Source of the DNA: Chara braunii
Lineage: Eukaryota; Plantae; Charophyceae
Direction: 5' to 3'
Assembly: GCA_003427395.1 (NCBI GenBank)
Contig: BFEA01000004.1
Coordinates: 6,033,099 to 6,090,582 of the forward strand
Length of the DNA: 57,484 nt
The translations under genes were made by a program, and so were the position numbers. Below, piece after piece: positions 25,983 through 38,400 of this stretch (the stretch's first letter is position 1; every line of letters starts with the position of its first letter). The notes beneath the pieces are model-generated. The model made no database searches and had not been told where the DNA came from. It was given only the letters and a program-made list of their open reading frames with translations.

Positions 25983-27599
25983 CTGTCGCTGCCAGAAAAC
26001 ACTGTGGCACTAGAAGTACGACATCGCCGTCGGTGAGGGGCCCGAGCATTGCCACAATCTTTTCACGACCACAAACCAGGCTTCGATCACTACGTGAAAA
26101 TCAGAGACGGACATGTGGTTCCTGTCGCTCAGTCTCTGTATTACCCCTTCCGAGTACGTGAACCACAAAAACACCGCCATGGGCAACGCCTATGATGACA
26201 ATAACACATGTCTCACATAGCGATTTGAAAACAAATAAGCAGGAGCAGAAGACGGATGAGCCACGGTCGTTGTGAAATTGCAATTAGTTCTGCTGGTGCA
26301 ACTAAAACATTCCACTCGCGGGCACAGATAACCCCCCAAAACCCTCACTGCGATAACTACGGGTGAGATATATGTTCTCGAAGGGCCTCTTGACATCACA
26401 ACGGTGGCCGACTGGCAGTCGCCGGTGACACCGGGAGCGGATGAACACATACACAAGAGATAAGAACTCTATAATACGATCTAGTTAGAGGTTTAATCTG
26501 TAGTGTAAACACATCGCATTGAAGGCACAAAAGCCGTGCCCAACATACACATCCACTCTCAACGTCATGCCATGCTCGCAGGCACAGCAAGCTCTCATCA
26601 AACTCTACCCTTGCTTTGACTTGCACAACGCACGTTTTGCAACATGCACACACCAAGAGACTGTTGCGATATGGTTGCCATGTTTATCTTGTGCGTGCAG
26701 AGGACGAATGCCAAATGCATCTCAGTCTTTCGAAAGATCTCTCCACCATGCCACGAGCAACTTTTTCTCTTCGTGTCAAATCGCTCCACAACCAGTTGCT
26801 GACGACCCGCATGCTACAGATTCGTACAGAACCACAATTCAGGTGATGCAGTGCTAACCATTGTCCCTGATGTGGGTGAGATTGACCACACATCATTATA
26901 TATATCTCCCTCTCTGCCTACGGTTTACCGGGCAGCTCTGTTTGACGATATATATGCACAAGAAACCATTGCCATCAGGATTGCAACTGAGTATGGCTTG
27001 ACTCATTACCTGAAGCATATATGGTCATGTTCGACACTTGCATCGTACCACCATGCCTCTTGTTTTGCAGGGGTTAAACCACCAGTACAAGACCCTTCAT
27101 TCCGACCCACCATACTAAGTGCTTTAACCACCCTCAAGTCCCAATTGTTTTGCGAGGCATAAACCACCATGCCTACAAGACCCTTCATTCCCATCCACCG
27201 TACTAAGTGCTTTAACCACCCTCAGAGGGCCTGACCGGACCACGCACCACACCAAACTTGGTGGTAAGTGCACTCCCCATGGCCCAAAACTCACCAGAAC
27301 GGGCCTTTGCCCCACACACTCACCAAAACCAAGTACTCACCGCCTGTTGGTTCAGAAAGTGCACTTAGCAATTTGGGTGGGAGTCCGTGGGACACATAGG
27401 GCCTCCCTGCACTACTCTCCACAAGCACAAAAGCTAGGCTGTTTTTCCGGGCGCCCAGGCACCCAACCTATGCCCCGGTGCACGCCCGGGTGCCCGACCA
27501 GGAATGACCCTCGGCAGGTTCCTGGAAGCCCCAACGCAAAAAAAAAGATACGAAAGAAAATAAACAGACTCGTCATTATAAACCCTGACGGACAGTTCA

Positions 27600-28232
27600 A
27601 AAAACGAACACAAAGAAAAACAGGACGAGATTCAGCTGGAATTAACCCGCAAACGGCTTGCATTGAAGCCGCAGTTAGAGCTGTTTCAACAACACGGGGA
27701 CATCAGTCGTGCAATCGCCGGGTTTTGCAAAGACTTGTTGGGTGGAAAGAGGGGCGGCTGGATAGCAGGAGTGGAATGGAGTGGGGATGAGCTGGACAGG
27801 CAGGCAGACCTTGAGAGAATGAAGGACTACGGACGGAGATTCAGAGACTGGAACAGCATTGACCAATGTGAACCCCACTTCCCACTGCACCCTCCCACAG
27901 ACTTGCCCGACCCTTTCCCATCCACCCCCTCTCCCTGGCTGAAATTGTGATGTAACAACTTCGTGACAGATCCCCCCGGTGGCCCCCAGGGAATGAAGCC
28001 TTCCAAGGATACTCGACATGCTGTGACTCGAGAGGGTGCTCAGACCGCCACGGTGAAGTTCGCACCAGCTACGTTAAAGAGACAAAAACCTCCTGTCATT
28101 TTTTATACAAGGAAACGACAGATGCTTAGCATAACAGGATATTTCAGGCGCCCAGTGAAAAGGGTGAAGAGGCACTGCTGTCACTTGACCTTCTTTACCG
28201 CACAGTCAATCCCCCTGAGCTACCTGGGGTAA
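27600..28232 (+). pseudogene. Orphan reading frame interrupted by a single stop
   Basis: ORFs 27663..27950 and 27963..28232 are in the same frame, which is also open upstream (KEKQDEIQLELTRKRLA). Confidence 0.3.
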
Positions 28233-28662
28233 CCAATGCTGGCGGAATATTCTCGTGTGTCTTTTTCTGTGTCTTTGGGCCTCGCCACACTACTCCCAAC
28301 TCTGCATACCTCTGTGTTCTCTAAATTCCCGCTCTCCTTAGCGGCCCTGGCGGAATTTTTATTCTTGTCTACTTCTCTGCATACCTCTCTGTTCTCTAAA
28401 TTCCCGCTCTCCTTAGCGTCCGCTTTCACTGCTTGCTCCCCCTCCTTATCCTACACTTCCGCTCCTCCTGCTGCTGCATAACCCCCATTTCACTTCATTC
28501 CCCTCCTCGCCCTCGAAATGTGCTGCTATCAAACCTTGGTAACCACAATCATTGTCATACCTGCTAAGAATCGTGGTTCACCAGTTTGCTCTCTCCCTCT
28601 GTCTGTCTTCCCCTCTCTCCCTCTTTGTCTGTGTGCCTGTCTGTCCGTTGGCCCGTCTGTCA

Positions 28663-28707
<45 letters not shown>

Positions 28708-28991
28708 CNNNNNNNNNNNNNNNNNNNNNNNNNNNNNNNNNNNNNNNNNNNNNNNNNNNNNNNNNNNNNNNNNNNNNNNNNNNNNNNNNNNNNNNNNNNN
28801 NNNNNNNNNNNNNNNNNNNNNNNNNNNNNNNNNNNNNNNNNNNNNNNNNNNNNNNNNNNNNNNNNNNNNNNNNNNNNNNNNNNNNNNNNNNNNNNNNNNN
28901 NNNNNNNNNNNNNNNNNNNNNNNNNNNNNNNNNNNNNNNNNNNNNNNNNNNNNNNNNNNNNNNNNNNNNNNNNNNNNNNNNNNNNNNNNNN

Positions 28992-29081
<90 letters not shown>

Positions 29082-31649
29082 GCAACAACAGTTCTGTCTT
29101 CGTTCTCTGGATTGTGGGGATGAGCGGAGTTGCTGGCTTGTTGGTCTTGACTTTAAAACAAGGTTATGGATCGAGCAAGAGATCATTACATGATTTGCAG
29201 TCATTTTTCCGACTGACAAATCGCTGACATTGTTGTCGAACACACCTCCTAGCCCGCAGTCAGTCCGTCACAGATCAGATAAAGTATACTGCATACGAGC
29301 CAGAGCGGCGGGCTGTGGCCTCAAGCTCACGACAATCGTAATGCCAATCCCACACTCGACCTCTCTGCTTCTTCCTTCTTCTTTCCCTGCACTCCTGCTT
29401 CTATCTTCTCTTCCCACACCTTTCTCTGCCGCGCCCTCCTATTTCCTCTACCTACCTCGATGCCATCACCTTCAATCGACAAATTCCAATCGCACATTCT
29501 TCGCTGACAGACAAGACCTAGTACTCAATCAGATCACCTGGCAAGGACAAAACTGAGATTCGCAAGTAGCTATAGCTGTAGGACAAAAGGAGTACAATTT
29601 TTATGATAATAATAAAATAATAAAGTGAATATATTAATGTAATAAAAAGATAACAATTCTCCTTAGAGTCGAATCCAACACCTTGCTTTCCTCACCTGAG
29701 TTCATCCGCCAATTGAGAACAACTGTCTTCTCTCTTCCTCTCCCTCATCCCCTTCCGTCGCCCGAGTCTTTGGTTGGTTTACTTTCCATCCCTTCTTTTT
29801 CACTCTCTGCTCAGGCTACACCTCAGGTTGTACACCGACCCCTGCTCAGGAGTCACGATAACAAATCCTTTCCCCTCCCTCCCCCCTCCCTCTCCCCTCC
29901 CTCTCCCCTCCCTCCAATTGTCCTTGTCCGGACTTCCCGCCCCCAAGATCTTTTTGAACACGCCAACTAGTTGGAGGGACGGGGGAGGGAGGGGAAAGGA
30001 ATGTCCATTCAACGCGCCAACTAGTCCGTTCATCACAAGTATGCTGGCAACTGAAGGGGGCGGAGGGGGGGGAGGGGGGGGAGGAGGAAACACCCCTTTT
30101 GCCAAAGCAATTCGCAGGAAATTATATTTTTAAGAATTAACAGAGGGGAAAAAAAAAAGGAATGCAAACAAGCCCAAGAAGCTGATATGGTGAAAATATC
30201 CGCCAAGAGATAAATATGCCCCAGGCGGAACTTCGGGGAGGAGGCAGAGGACGGTGGAGGTGGAGGGGGAGTGGGGAGAAGGACTGCCGGTTGCATGGCA
30301 CTGATCTGACCGTTGCATGGCAGACTTCACAGATCCGCCATGGGAGGAATAAGAAGCGCGAAAGGGACACGCACACAAGCACCTCCCAGGGAGTGCTTGC
30401 ACATATTCGCATACAATCCCCCCACATGCCTCCTGAAAGGACGAACAGGCAAGCGGGAGGCGAAGGCTTCGCGGGATAGGAGAGGACGCAAGCGGAGCGG
30501 GGGAGTTAATAAAGGACAACCTAGTAGTTAGTGTCTGTTCGTGCAACGCAAGGTCTACACTGCGAGTAGAGAAAAAGGGAGAGGACAAAACTACACCACA
30601 GGGGCAGGGGAGAGAGAGAGAGAAGACGCGGAGATGGAGGCGGACCGTGGAGATGAAAGGAGGCGGGAGAGAGGGAGAGAGGGAGAGAGAGAGCGAAAGA
30701 GAGAGAGAGAGAGAGAAGACGCGGCGGGCGATCTAAAGAAATGAACAGAAGAAACTTCAAGGGAAGAGTGCGCGTCCATAGTCAGCTGTGCCAACGGTGC
30801 CGCGCACCACTCGGACGCAACGGACAACGATGATCAGCCGAGCAGTGCGAGGCGCTACACTCTTATATTATTATTATATATATATATATATTTTTTGTTT
30901 ATTATTATCTCATAGATCTGTGGAATCCAAAGCTTGTGGCGGAGGAACTATCTACTAGCTTATTTCCCAGTGCACAGCTCCCTATTACGTATCTTGACTG
31001 TATCTGGCCAGGATTTATGAGCCTCTATACATTGAAGATGATCGATAGCATTCATTGGTTGTCATGGTGTTCCCTTGCGTGGCAATGCGATCATCAGCGG
31101 TGTCGACTGTCCCCGGAGGTCCTCTCCTTTGACTCTCCCCCTGCCTCTCCGCCCCCCCCGCCTCCCCGCCTTATATCTTGAAAGACTTTCCGCCGCCCGC
31201 CAATCCGTTTCCCGCCCAATGAGAGCGCTATTGGGAGCACCACAAGTGTGTCTCTCGAAGGCGGTTCAACTCAGTCGTCCGATCCTCGATAGGGGATGCA
31301 AATGGCACCCACCGTTCGATGGTATCGCCCCCGCTTAGCAGCCCAAGAAAACAAAAACAAAAAACAAAAAACAGAAAGAAAGAAAAGAGTGACGATCGAG
31401 TCGCACACTGCAACCCAGGAGGAGGAGGAGGAGGAGGAGGAGGAGGACGCCCCTCTCTTCGTACCAATCAATTCCCCCCGCCCCCCCAAAACCCCTCCAT
31501 GTCCATCCAAAAAAAAAAAAAAAAAACGCAAGACTGACGATCGATTCGCAGACCGCAATCCAGGAGGAGGAGGACGCCCCTCTCTGTGGTCCCCCACCCG
31601 TCACATAGTTTTCCTCCTTTCGATTGTAAAAGGCAACTATAGTTAGTTC

Positions 31650-33045
31650 ATGTCGTGTTGCCGCCGCCTCCCAACCCCGCACGGCCAATGTGAGGTCTTC
31701 TCGGTGATCCAGTGGCTGTGGTGGAACTCCGCTTCTACTCATCCATCCTCTTCTTGTTGCACGCAACTAAAGCAGAATACGGAGCCTCGCAAAAAAAAAG
31801 CTCTTCAGTGCGTTACTTCGGCTCTTGTGCGAATACTCTTGTTGCATGTAATGTTGAGCTTCCTGAGTTTCTTAAGGCTCTCCTCTTGTGTGAATCGTCG
31901 TCGCTCTCCAGGTGAAAATGAGCTCGTGCTGATTGCACCGTGTACAAAGAGCAGATCCAAGTCCGAACGTTGAGGGGACACGTTCCGATCTATCTATATT
32001 GATGTCATCCTTGAGGGAGTCTGAACGTGGACTCCTTCTCATCATCCAGGCAGCCTGAACGTGTCCCCTTTCTCATCTTTCGACCCCGAGCACCTGAAGA
32101 GGCACGTTCTCTACGACAAACTGAGTACGCACTTAGACCGGCTCCGATCTCATCTTCCCGAGCCCCGAGCAACTGAAGAGGCAAGTTCTCCACGAGCAAT
32201 ACTGAGGGCGCACTATGTTCCTGAGTTCGCACTGCTGTGAAGACAAATCTTCCTGAACTCCGGGCAACGGAGAGCGTCGTCGAACCGGCTGTGAAGACTC
32301 ATCTTCCGAGCCCCGAGCAACTGAAGAGGCACATTCTCGAGAAGCACCTGAGGGCGAACTACGTTCCTGAGTGTGCACACAGACCAGACCGGCTGTGAGG
32401 ACTCATCTTCCTAAGCCCGCACAAAAGGAGACCGGCGCCGAAGACTCCTCTTCCCGATCCCCAAGCAACTGACGAGGCAGATTCTCCACGAGCAATACTG
32501 AGGGCGCCCTGGGACCGGCTGCGAAGACTCGTCTTTCCCCCCCAACTGAAGAGGCACGTTCTCCACGACCAACCGAGTGCGCACTAGGTTACTGAGTGCG
32601 CACTCAGACCGGCTGTGAAGACTCGTCTTACCGAACCCCGAGCAAAGTGCGCACTCAGACCGGCTGTGAAGACTCATCTTAACCAACCCCGAGTAAAGTG
32701 CGCACTCAGACCGGCTGTGAAGACTCATCTTCCTTATCCCGCGCAGCTGAAGAGGCACGTTCTCCACGACCAACCGAGTGCGCACTAAGTTCCTGAGTGC
32801 GCACTTAGACCGGCGGTGAAGACTCGCCTCCTTTCAACTCAAGAGGCACGTTCTCCACGAGCATCTGAGTCCGCACTCAAGCCGGCTGTGAAGAAGTACA
32901 GTTTATGTATACTTATGTCTGGCTGATAGCGTAGGTTGCCGTCACCAACTTGGTCCTCCGAGGAGCCACTGCTGGTCAAGCCAGCCAAGAGAACTCGCCC
33001 CTCCGTGCTACTGTTTCAACAGCCTACATTCATTCTATAGCATGG
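31650..33045 (-). pseudogene. Decayed repeat-protein gene or complex tandem repeat (~50-120-bp units, 32090-32895)
   Basis: AGACCGGCTGTGAAGACTCATCTT and CTGAAGAGGCACGTTCTCCACGA modules recur. The minus strand gives VENVPLQL and EDESSQPV peptides with frameshifts. TATA-like sequence at ~33103-33112 and GCCGCCATG at ~33043. Confidence 0.4.
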
Positions 33046-33422
33046 CGGCGGATTCGGTGAGGATCGAGCTGTCGTGGAGTGAGTGGGGAGGGGGAAGGCG
33101 CCCTATATATATGTTTATATAAGCTGAGGCCTTTTAGTCACCTGCAATTCGGCTACAGCGCCGGTCTGTGAGGATATATTGCTTAACGAGAAGTGAAATC
33201 TGTGAAATACGTTAAGGTCGCCTACCGGATCACGGCGGCTATACTACATACGGGGCACTATGCCACATCGAGCACTCACCCTTCTTCCACCAACAACAGG
33301 AACGTTCTGCCCATCGCCAGAGCATCTCCCCCTGCCATCTCTCTTCAATCGTCTATCCTAAGTTCGCCGTCGCACAAGTAACAGTAGTGCAACATCTTCG
33401 CTTGTGAACATGTGTAGCGAAA

Positions 33423-33424
<2 letters not shown>

Positions 33425-33513
<89 letters not shown>

Positions 33514-33703
33514 GAGAGAATGTAGGCACTGAGAGAGAGAGAGAGAGGTTAACGCCACAATGGAATGCATCCTACACTCTTCGGAGAAATGAGATGGATG
33601 ACCCTCGTCTATTTCATCTGAACAGTACGGGTTGCTGTGAATGCCGTAGATTTCTCCTCTTGGCAGATGGCAGCGTCATTGCATGAGGAGAGGGATCACT
33701 TCC

Positions 33704-33771
<68 letters not shown>

Positions 33772-33772
33772 N

Positions 33773-33860
<88 letters not shown>
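33425..33860. repeat. Opposed (GA)n and (CT)n microsatellites downstream of the fasciclin gene; representative of many GA/CA tracts (1-70, 3244, 7841, 10863, 21331, 28666-29078, 57021, 57412)
   Basis: Directly visible. Confidence 0.95.
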
Positions 33861-33890
33861 CATCTATCTCTATCTCTCTCTGTGTTGCCT

Positions 33891-34574
33891 TCATAAATGG
33901 AACGATGGGGGCGCGTCGGAAGACGAAGGTGCATCGTTGCTATTCGCATAAGCAAAACATTCCGTAGCGAAGACCGATTCGATAACCGGCGGGATCATCA
34001 CGGTGTCGATCACGTGGATGGTAGAGTTGATTAGCAGACGGAAGTCTGGCCTCGTCATGAAAGCCTCCCCGCCGTCGTCGTCGCTAATCCGCACTCTTCC
34101 TCGGGATGTTAGATTGAAATGCAGAGGAAGGCCACTGTCGGCATGAACAGTCTGCATTGCGATTAGCTCCGTAGCATTATGATTACCCACCAGAATGTGG
34201 TACTTAGTTATTTGCGAGAGAACGTTCAGCGATGCCGGCTTACTGTACAGGCAGTCCAGCACAGCCGGGTCAAACACGGAGAAGGCCGTATTGTTGGGAG
34301 CGAGGACGGTCACGCCGCCGCCGTTAGCTCTGCTAATGGCAACGTGGAACGTGTCCGAGACGAGAAGAGCCTGCACGAACATCGTCAGATCGGGTTGTTC
34401 CGCAAGTTTGCCCTCAAGTAGCACACCAGCATTTATCTCGGTCACGTTTTGCGAATCCTCCCCCTGAGCGGTGGCAGAAGCGATGGCGCCACAGCCGCCG
34501 GGACTGCTCCAGATCAGCAGACACGTCAGCATTGCAATAATTGCAAGTCGGAGAGCTTCTGTCGTTCCCGCCAT
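33891..34574 (-). CDS. Fasciclin (FAS1)-domain secreted protein, FLA-like, 227 aa
   Basis: Hydrophobic signal peptide (LRLAIIAMLTCLLIWSS). FAS1 motifs H1 TVLAPNNTAF, YH (KYHIL) and H2 IHVIDTVMIP. Several N-glycosylation sequons. Confidence 0.9.
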   Translation of the reverse strand: MAGTTEALRLAIIAMLTCLLIWSSPGGCGAIASATAQGEDSQNVTEINAGVLLEGKLAEQPDLTMFVQALLVSDTFHVAISRANGGGVTVLAPNNTAFSVFDPAVLDCLYSKPASLNVLSQITKYHILVGNHNATELIAMQTVHADSGLPLHFNLTSRGRVRISDDDGGEAFMTRPDFRLLINSTIHVIDTVMIPPVIESVFATECFAYANSNDAPSSSDAPPSFHL

Positions 34575-35459
34575 CGCGCTCTGCCTACCGGTAGTGCCGA
34601 GCAGAGAGCAGTGCTCACGGTTGACCAAGCTTCCAGCCCAGGGCCCCCCCAAACCCCCCCCGCTGTCTATACCCCTTTCGGAAACACCTGCCGTTCACTG
34701 GCTAACGATCTCCCCTCTTTCCCCTCGCCCCTTCCTCTTCCTCTCCTCGACTTGTCCTCGCTTTTGCCGCCTTCTGCTGGAATCACCCCGCCCTCTCCAT
34801 GCACTCCTTGTCCTTGGCGCCAACGCACGCCCAGATAGTCGCCTTGTGGCGCTCAACCCGCGCTTTCGTCGCCCCTAAAAGAGGCTCCGGTCACCCCGCT
34901 TTCGTCAATCAAATGCCCGCCGTTCTCACCCTCCGATCTCCCCGCCCTTGTCGACGGCGGCAGGATATCTTCCTGGATCCTAGAGGGACGGAGAGCATCA
35001 TCTCTCCATGTCCCCGCTTCATTCATTGCTCCTCCACGAGGCCCTGATTAGGATTTGTACGATCCTGGATCGGCGGCTCTTCTGAGCTCCTTGATAGGGG
35101 CAGTTTGATCTCTCCAGCCGCCTCATTGCTTCTGCAGAGCGCGAACCGATGCAAACCCAAAAGGGTGTCCTGTTTCCCGCCTCCACGTATTCTCCACTGC
35201 CCTTTTCGAAAATCAGAGACAGCACTTCATTTGTCTGTCCGTTGCTCCTTTTTTTTCGTTGGCTGGCCTGCCCCATGTATTGGCCCTCTGCCTTGGCATA
35301 TCGTCGAACTGACCGGCCCAATGTGATTCAGAAGTTCGACCGGCCCAATGTGATTCAGAAGTATTTGATATCATTCAAACACTTCATTTGGATCCGAACT
35401 AAGGGTCTACTCTAGACTCTCGAAGATTTTTTAGAGTGAGTCTAGAGCTGTCAGACTCT

Positions 35460-38400
35460 AGAAACGACTGAAAAAGAGAACATCGCTCCACTTACTCTAG
35501 AGGTCACCCTCAAGAAGGGAGGCATAATGCAAGAAGAGGGTGGAAGAGGCGGAAGAACGCATGGAAGGTCACCCCATTTCGCTGATGGTATGCCGCAGAA
35601 CGTGAAAGAAGGTTAGCGGAGTGGGACAGCATTCAAGAAGAGAAGCAAAAGAGATGGACGGAGGTACTAAAAGAGAAAGGGTTCGAGACACACGACAAGA
35701 TGACAAAGGAGACGTTCCAAAAACTACAGCCGAGCCGTACAGCAGCAGATGATCGAACTCAAACCCCCGTTTGACGAGTCTGCACCCCCAGCCTGTTCCG
35801 CAGCTGGGATGCTGCAGTATGCAAGGATGTACGATGAGGACATACTTACCTCCAGGCGACCGCAGGAGGGGGTGAACGTGGACCTGTCAAGCGGGTCGGA
35901 CATGTGGGACAGCACAACTGTAAAACTGCATACAACGGCCAAGCTGGATCTGGACAGACCTTTCACGGTGGAAGAACTTTCCCAAACATTGAAGACAATG
36001 GCGAAGGGCAAGTCTCCAGGAGTAGACGAACTCTCGGTGGAGTTTTACGCAGTGAACTGGGGGATGCTAGGGTCGCTACTAGTGGAACTGTACAATGAGG
36101 TCCTAGTGGGGGGTAAGCTGGGCAAGGGCATGACGCATGGGGTGATCACGGTCCTGTTCAAGAAGGGTGACAAGGCGGAGGTCCGAAACTGGCGACCAAT
36201 TTCCCTTCTAAACGTCTCCTACAAAATTCTGGCGAAGTCGCTCGCTCGCAGGCTGTCCAAATACCTCCTAGAGCTGGTGGAGAAGGACCAGGGGGCGTTC
36301 GTGCAGGGACGCCCTATTTTCAACAATATAGTGACAGCCATAGAGCTGTCTCTTATACACATCTAGATGTGTATAAGAGACAGGTTCAAGAAGGGTGACA
36401 AGGCGGAGGTCCGAAACTGGCGACCAATTTCCCTTCTAAACGTCTCCTACAAAATTCTGGCGAAGTCGCTCGCTCGCAGGCTGTCCAAATACCTCCTAGA
36501 GCTGGTGGAGAAGGACCAGGGGGCGTTCGTGCAGGGACGCCCTATTTTCAACAATATAGTGACAGCCATAGAGTCCCTCGAAGTGATCCAAGAAGAGAAT
36601 CGAGACATGGCGGTGCTCCTGCTGGACCTGGAGAAAGCGTACGACAAGGTGGGTTGGACATTCGTCCTTACCACCTTGCGGAGGATGGGTTTTGGCGACA
36701 GCTTCTATGCTTGGGTCATTGCGATGTACACATTCTCCTCTTCAACAGTCATGATTAACGGAAATTTATCCGCTCCTTTTCAATTGTCAAGATCGCTACG
36801 ACAAGGTTGTCCGCTTGCTCCGCTGATTTTTGTGCTGCAACTAGAGGTTCTACTAAACAAGATCTGCTCTCATCCGGAAATCAGAGGCCTGCAGTTACAC
36901 AATGGGGGGGACTGCAGAGTCAAAGCCCTTGCGGACGATCTCTTCGTAGTCAGCGAGAACACGGTCGCCTCGCTCTCAGCTCTCAAAGCGTGATGTGTGA
37001 GTACTCGACACTGTCGGAGGCATCAGTCAACTGGAACAAATCTACCTACCTTCTACCCACTCAGTTCTCGCTGAAGGTAGAGTGGGGCATGAGAAGGGTA
37101 GAGGAAGGCGAGGAGGAGAGATTTCTGGGAATTTGAATAAGTCTGCAGATAGAGGTGTCCGGTCAAGGGTTCCAGTTACAACAGAGGATTGGAGCACGTC
37201 TCAGGCTGTGGGGCTCGGCCTGGCACCTCTCACTGGTAGGAAGAGCCTTGGTAGCCAGCTTTGCATTATTTTCTATTCTGTGGTTCGTCACCACGGTGAG
37301 AGAGCTTGCAATTGGCATAGTGAAGGCAGATAGAAGGTTGGCGGCGCAATTCGTATGGAAACCTCGGGCCAGCAAAGACGAGGGTTTCATTTCTAAAGTG
37401 GTGAGGGACACTCTGTCTTTCCCACGTGAGGAGGGAGGATTGGGTATGATAGACCCAGCCCGAAGGAATCAGGCACAGCGACGCAGCTGGGTGTCCAAGG
37501 TTGTGGTGCAGGGCCCAACGGAGCACTGGGTTGTGTTGGTCGAACAGATCCTGATGAAGGAGTGGGGCCTCTGCAGGCCTAAAGACGTCTGGGCATGTTT
37601 TTTCATGCCATCACTCAGGAAGAAGAGACTAAAATCAGGTTTTTTTTAAGCGATACGCAAGGCTTGGAACAAGATGCCCCCAAATGTGCAAAGTATCCCG
37701 CTATCAAAGGAAGATGTAATGGGTCATCTACTCTTTGAGAATCATTATATTCTGGACCACACTGACTCCCCCATGTCCGCTGACGGCTCGAAAGGCACCT
37801 TTGGGTTGGCATGGATAAAAAGGGGAGTAGTCTGTATCGAGGATCTGTGGTCCCCGTGGTTGGGAGGGTGGAAACCTCGGGCGGAGGTGACAGAGACTCT
37901 CAAGGGCCTACAAAGAGTGGAAGAACACTGGAGGCACATAATTGAAGTTATCCCACAGGACTGGGTAAGGCTGTTGGGTCCGATTGGAGTGGATCCCCCG
38001 GGTACATGGTACATCTCGGGTCTGGAGCTGGAGACAAATGTGGTGTGGAAGGTGCTAGAGGTCTTGCCCAACGGTTTTAGGAAAGTCCAGAAATGGAGGT
38101 GCAGAGGCCCCTCCAACACCTTGTCGTTGATAGAAGAAGAAACAGTCATGACTTGGAATAACCATGCTGATGGAAGTCAGGGTAGTGGAAGTGCGAGGCA
38201 AGAGACCACTTACCAGGGTTCTCTCATGGGTTGGCAAGATTCCGCTGCGCCACCTCGGCATGGACCCACTGGCCTGGGGCTGAAGTTCGACAGGGGGTGA
38301 GCCTGTTCTGAAGCTGATAGAGTACTCGGCCACACACGGATACCAGCAATCTCAAAAGCTCATAAAGTGTCCTGCCAAAGTCGCAGTCCCAAGATGGCAG

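Noticed and set aside
28518-29243. Long ORFs of about 200 aa
   Set aside because: Made of N gaps and GA/CT microsatellites.
32090-32895. CRISPR-like array or hammerhead array (CTGAAGAG cores)
   Set aside because: The inter-repeat segments are themselves repeated, there are no cas genes, and no stem II-GAAA core follows.
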